Sequence record: NC_070950.1
Reading direction: 5' to 3' (one strand)
DNA length: 64,000 nt
The translations under genes were made by a program, and so were the position numbers. This document shows, in pieces, positions 63,001 through 64,000 of this stretch (its first letter is position 1; every line of letters starts with the position of its first letter). The notes under the pieces are model-generated. The model did no database searches, was not told the DNA's origin, and saw only the letters and a program-made list of their open reading frames with translations.

Positions 63001-63837
63001 AGAATCGCGTAATCTGCCTTTAGCCGCCATGGCCAGGGAAGTTTTCTCGTAATCGCTCTTACCTGAATTAAGAGTGATCTTTTTAAGCTCGTCAATCTGA
63101 CGATGCATCGAGGCTTCCATGAACTTGTAGTATTTAGCGTTGGTTAAATGCATCCGAGCCAATAAGTTGATTTTAACCGCATCGTTCTTAGCCTGGATTT
63201 TATTCTGGTAACGCAAAATGCCTTGAAGGGTGGTTGAGATTCCGCCTAACAGCGAATTGGTTGCTTGTTGCTGAGCTAATTGACGACCGCCAACTACCGC
63301 GGTCATGTTGTTGATAGCCCGCCCAATACCCACCATCGTTCCTGTCTGCTGGGCCGTAACTCCGCTTATAAAACCGGCTAAGCCATCTTCATCGACTTCT
63401 CCCATACTTGGATCAGAAGGTGTGTATCCTCCTTGATCCCAATGGCTAAAGTCCTTATTACTGAAGGTCTCCAACCCCTGGGCAATTTTATTAGGAACCT
63501 TGTCGCCGTGGCGGTCTAAGGTCATCTGAGCAATTGCCTGGAGATCTTCCACCATATCTTTTGATCCGGCTTTGACCTCACTTAGGATCTCCTGCTTCTT
63601 CCAATCAAACTCTCTTTTTAAATCAAAGACAGTCCCAAATGATTTTGGGAGGAGCATTTTAGCCGTTCTCAACCTACCTTCTGAACTTCCTATCGTACCG
63701 CTGTGGAGCTCACTGAGAAAACCACTCCCCATGCTCGCAAAGAAACCTTTTTTAGGTGCGTTATCGAAGTCGAAGTCGAAATCTATATCGCCGGCGAACG
63801 GGTCGTCTCCCCAATCGTCGAAATCATCTTTAGCCAT
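57031..63837 (-). CDS. tape-measure-like tail protein with a GH19 peptidoglycan hydrolase domain (phiKZ gp181-like position)
   Basis: 2268 aa; FESGG, YGGRMGN, YRGRGFIQLTGKDNF, LVKNPELV; Gly/Ala-rich hydrophobic middle; divergent from the RNAP beta' gene. Confidence 0.88.
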   Translation of the reverse strand: MAKDDFDDWGDDPFAGDIDFDFDFDNAPKKGFFASMGSGFLSELHSGTIGSSEGRLRTAKMLLPKSFGTVFDLKREFDWKKQEILSEVKAGSKDMVEDLQAIAQMTLDRHGDKVPNKIAQGLETFSNKDFSHWDQGGYTPSDPSMGEVDEDGLAGFISGVTAQQTGTMVGIGRAINNMTAVVGGRQLAQQQATNSLLGGISTTLQGILRYQNKIQAKNDAVKINLLARMHLTNAKYYKFMEASMHRQIDELKKITLNSGKSDYEKTSLAMAAKGRLRDSIFSTIGRRSGGVMGYLSETFGKEAREGMLSSLSGMVGAGRMGMEMSEGMGLNMGTIIGQMLANEVIERGPAFFKSGQGAKLINKLATLYPKEAKNIRRQYRKLEQLGSVLSYAGTNAAGLAGTILRNNANYEEDFSTYDDYLDSLAPGEKRLSERAWRLKQTGKNFLGNRLNDLSFNINDSRGKQYELKKRNLMDLTQPSYWSSQSDRTLNEIIPGWFAKLHLSLEKIRTGNDNLKEERFDYRSGKFLSHKQTQNAVKRNLLNGREFSGLASGTSDMVSAIDKNGTLSPEAKRFLSYRLARDVDQDKGFNPFNYFGMEDEDGLTPSIRKEIEQVMRGSFRLTDQHIEAAKKSGLAGIKAQLNMPTAKSKRLAADLSLRAKNLKGYLPNISQQIDLLRNAGYDPLLREMNLINSENGSDFFNTDAIWDRLKSELNGNEGLIEEDDVGPLPTRGGMGGGNSKTIINNRRGLSGKDSGKLVTALSELTEQLKLGIPGRQDGNALSPEQVKSLTDSVMGIRDINQEQLEVLKQILSRQPAEVNKPKTDAEDAADTAQKKTILDRIKSLGGIKDIFSAGMDKLLAHEPLMLGGMLGGLAGLAIHDPKTAALIGGGAAAWALYTKVRSMADARDVSDDEDIYDGESEDPILEARKLRARQYYDKVLKKIITSWKEIKGSIVDLGTKVVISAKRLSGKLFSAEGKAVVLRGLNAVKSAGLKLFNWLDPLNRLKGMGQGIANRITQMDVYRVGEDSPVLTRKGFENGKYFKRLNGSVVPVKGWRDIDGPVYDENGDVIITQAEYEDGLITSGGMKIESLKRMTGVMGGKLLDLGRKLGDRAKGYGKRAGDKINDLVTADYTPITNSVDRIYALLCRKFGYDINDMPDIKADIVNETSRMGNTDDVRLNSLEDKERKAKAERESRYQDAIIDLAGHGEGERGSGSRDGEKKEGGFLNGLLGLVKNPMGTILGGVVGLGAKLSKFLTLGITTLPAIVGGLTSLAKILTVGLLGRRASDGVDDIVDAAGGASGRRRGRRTRGGRVGRGRAFKFGLAGLATAGLGMYLDATNEEHEGTNWKDVASNTLTAASAVSLGSSAMSAMGINLGIGSAIASGASAAGSAIVSGTGALATAVAPLLFNPVTLGIGAVAGAGYLIYKYYAKGKGSQFKLRMAQYGIKDVESDLAAKIRSAEEALREYVVVTAGVASIAKSAPLEQIFQSFIPQANDKGQQQAYFTWFNLRFKPIFLTYASAIDTAGYRDFETFDKSTDAKLYSTVSTINDRIGTINPYPYQIAAQFDEATPIMGKDQTINQVRLYLDELKSFNERHGRTAEGIEKEGVVTMKTSAEQVEKSEKAGWWSSLKMRMGGTYEDRSDIEEINKRYPVTKSVMEINITDLLPGGDKPLAGITALRLAAYGDTEHIPWRVEAVLKLERYCEDYISVIGNDARFTSTTGAVYNLFKNSFRITDDQANQWCTWFRDRFLPVCMAWVKYVRIMRGVKPSAGWKSMTATNAFDFAKELLGLKVNIGKTPTSVWEVKWSPFTNTTSGSITPQVKAIVNNLDTAAKNAKLNFGDKEVKASGAKEVVPYTSAHSMGEGGLNQAVATAATSDNVIAGGQPVINYKPITGNTDTSTVDLSGVTPVGGSGGGDKGVSVPQKAAEQLIMKEMIKAGFTDPRLIAEMLALANFESGGFKNTAEGMNYKPGRLLEIFPGRVKSMAQAQQIVAGGPQAIANAVYGGRMGNSGPNDGWLYRGRGFIQLTGKDNFRAASQYVGKDLVKNPELVSTDPEVMAKTLIWYLSNGSNGKRLQSIVKNNSFEYAAQGLNPNGLPDMPARTRLYQQYMKRLTSNELTVDPNAGATPSSSGETPPSSVSSVSPDAKPPTMKSENVGTANSVAAVSAITTPSVNQGPKPIGAVPSTPVSEGSVAYKSDPANPLNRVKVPTEQSTSAPPTPLAKPVQQPDPVATAQVQAQGRTNDLLAQLLKEIQNQKAPDPRMGYTSK

Positions 63838-63857
63838 TTTAACCTCGTGGTGCGAAT

Positions 63858-64000
63858 ATGCAACCTACTAATATTACGTTATTGAACCCAAACAAAGTGG
63901 CTTGGGCTCTCATGAAAGCCGTGACGTCAACAGACGTCCATGAGGGGATGACCAACAACCTTCATGAAGATGGTTTATACTCTCCAACAATCTTCGGTCG
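63858..64000 (+). CDS. N-terminus of the virion RNAP beta' subunit (phiKZ gp180-like), running off the window
   Basis: My translation: MQPTNITLLNPNKVAWALMKAVTSTDVHEGMTNNLHEDGLYSPTIFG, with the RpoC-type GL....IFG motif. Not in the ORF track. Confidence 0.75.
   Translation, partial: MQPTNITLLNPNKVAWALMKAVTSTDVHEGMTNNLHEDGLYSPTIFG

Noticed and set aside
57121-63885. Many plus-strand ORFs of 60-190 aa
   Set aside because: They lie opposite the 2268-aa tail gene and mirror its low-complexity sequence.
1-64000. tRNA, rRNA or large ncRNA genes
   Set aside because: Intergenic gaps are about 120 nt or less and are explained by hairpins, promoters and RBSs. No cloverleaf with a TTC-GA T loop was seen by eye; tRNAscan-SE or Infernal would settle it.

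Overview
This window looks like part of a phiKZ-related (Chimalliviridae-like) jumbo phage genome, probably infecting a gammaproteobacterium. All assignments come from motifs read by eye and from recalled family knowledge; no searches were run. Bases 1 to about 39,900 form a dense accessory/early region, almost all on the + strand. It holds many small ORFs and membrane proteins, plus a MazG-like protein, a kinase-like protein, two metallophosphoesterases, an orphan HigA, an SPFH lipoprotein, NadR and PnuC, a RyR-domain protein, a DEDDh exonuclease, a BCS1-like AAA+ ATPase, a Pol-beta nucleotidyltransferase, ThyA, a LysM protein, an Ntn/HslV-like protein, GroEL and thymidine kinase. From about 39,900 to 64,000 is a mixed-strand core block: SF2 helicase, RNase H-like protein, UvsX/RecA, a virion RNAP beta C-terminal subunit, structural genes, a 2268-aa tape-measure-like protein with a GH19 domain, and the start of a virion RNAP beta' subunit. 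Non-coding DNA is strongly patterned: phiKZ-type early promoters (cTATATTAC), a hairpin family sharing the stem (A/C)CTCCTAC/GTAGGAG, and a repeated TTTAGGA..AACATC-ATG leader. The strongest leads are (1) a Cys-His-Asp papain/transglutaminase-like domain fused to a gp49/Acb4-like domain, (2) repeated hairpin-promoter-leader cassettes that may drive module shuffling, (3) an RNase H homologue that seems to lack its catalytic acids, and (4) a broad set of candidate counter-defence and proteostasis genes. I saw no tRNA, rRNA, CRISPR array, integrase, intron or intein.
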